Below, in pieces: positions 63,606 to 64,000 of a stretch of 64,000 nucleotides of DNA. The stretch spans positions 128,001-192,000 of the forward strand of contig CAWHDZ010000007.1 of NCBI GenBank assembly GCA_963828255.1. Direction: 5' to 3'. The translations under genes and the position numbers were made by a program. Each line of letters starts with the position of its first letter. Positions within the stretch are counted from its first letter, which is position 1. The stretch comes from an uncultured delta proteobacterium. GTDB lineage: Bacteria > Myxococcota > Myxococcia > Myxococcales > Anaeromyxobacteraceae. The notes beneath the pieces were generated by a model. The model saw only the letters and a program-made list of their open reading frames with translations. It made no database searches and was not told where the DNA came from.

Positions 63606-64000
63606 CGGGCTCCTCCCGCCTTGACCAGCCGGTAGTGGGAGACCTGCCACTCGCGCCCCTCGTCGAAGCCGAAGAGCTCGGCGCAGGCCAGGAAGAACAT
63701 GGCCCAGCGGCGCACCTGCACGCGCGCCTCGGCCGGCGGCAGCGGGCCGGTGAGGGAGGCCACGGCCGCGTCCCCGTTGGCGACGAGGTTGGCGTGCCAG
63801 GCCTCGGAGGTGCGCGCGTAGTGCGTCCCGGGCACCACCCAGTCCTCCTCGAGGGTGAGCGGAGCGGCGACGCGGGGCAGCAGGTCGTGGGATGGCATCA
63901 TCCCCCCGGTGAAGAAGTGGCGACCCATCCAGTCGTCGTCGGCGTCGGTCTCGAAGAGGTAGGCGAAGCGGGCGCTCGAGAAGACGTGGATGAAGAGCTT
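63602..64000 (-). CDS. Second Cfa-like SAM methyltransferase, 5' part outside the window
   Basis: WMGRHFFTGGMMP, HYARTSEAW, FFLACAELFG. Confidence 0.85.
   Translation of the reverse strand, partial: KLFIHVFSSARFAYLFETDADDDWMGRHFFTGGMMPSHDLLPRVAAPLTLEEDWVVPGTHYARTSEAWHANLVANGDAAVASLTGPLPPAEARVQVRRWAMFFLACAELFGFDEGREWQVSHYRLVKAGGAR

Noticed and set aside
1..64000. Many long Arg/Pro/Gly-rich overlapping ORFs in the track
   Set aside because: Shadow frames of high-GC coding DNA; they lack motifs and overlap well-supported genes

Overview
Very GC-rich bacterial DNA, probably from an Anaeromyxobacter-like myxobacterium (inferred from a histone-H1-tailed CarD paired with CarG). Positions ~2.7-23.6 kb form a sulfur/redox island. 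It has a sigma54-controlled psr/phsABC operon with two YeeE/YedE genes inside it, a P460-family cytochrome, CcdA with a thioredoxin-like partner, TauE, an orphan zinc anti-sigma, rhodanese plus SQR, and modABC. The main find lies inside this island: two unannotated paralogous 32/33-aa Cys-rich peptide genes (CC-x7-CC-x9-CHD, 27/33 identical), both below the ORF-track cutoff. One heads an operon for Trx, TrxR, Trx, DUF6125, an ArsM-like methyltransferase, a radical SAM/SPASM enzyme with a putative RRE, and DUF5714. This is a candidate undescribed RiPP or metalloid-peptide system. A shared ECF-type promoter motif, G(A/C)ACCC-N14-GGCTC, precedes five transcription units of the island, including that operon. 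The rest of the window holds housekeeping and accessory genes, a Phd-VapC toxin-antitoxin pair, tmRNA, a DUF222-like HNH gene next to a 119-bp duplication, three eroded pseudogenes, carD-carG, and a cfa/DUF1365/FAD-oxidoreductase lipid-modification cluster. All family calls are by motif recognition; no searches were run.
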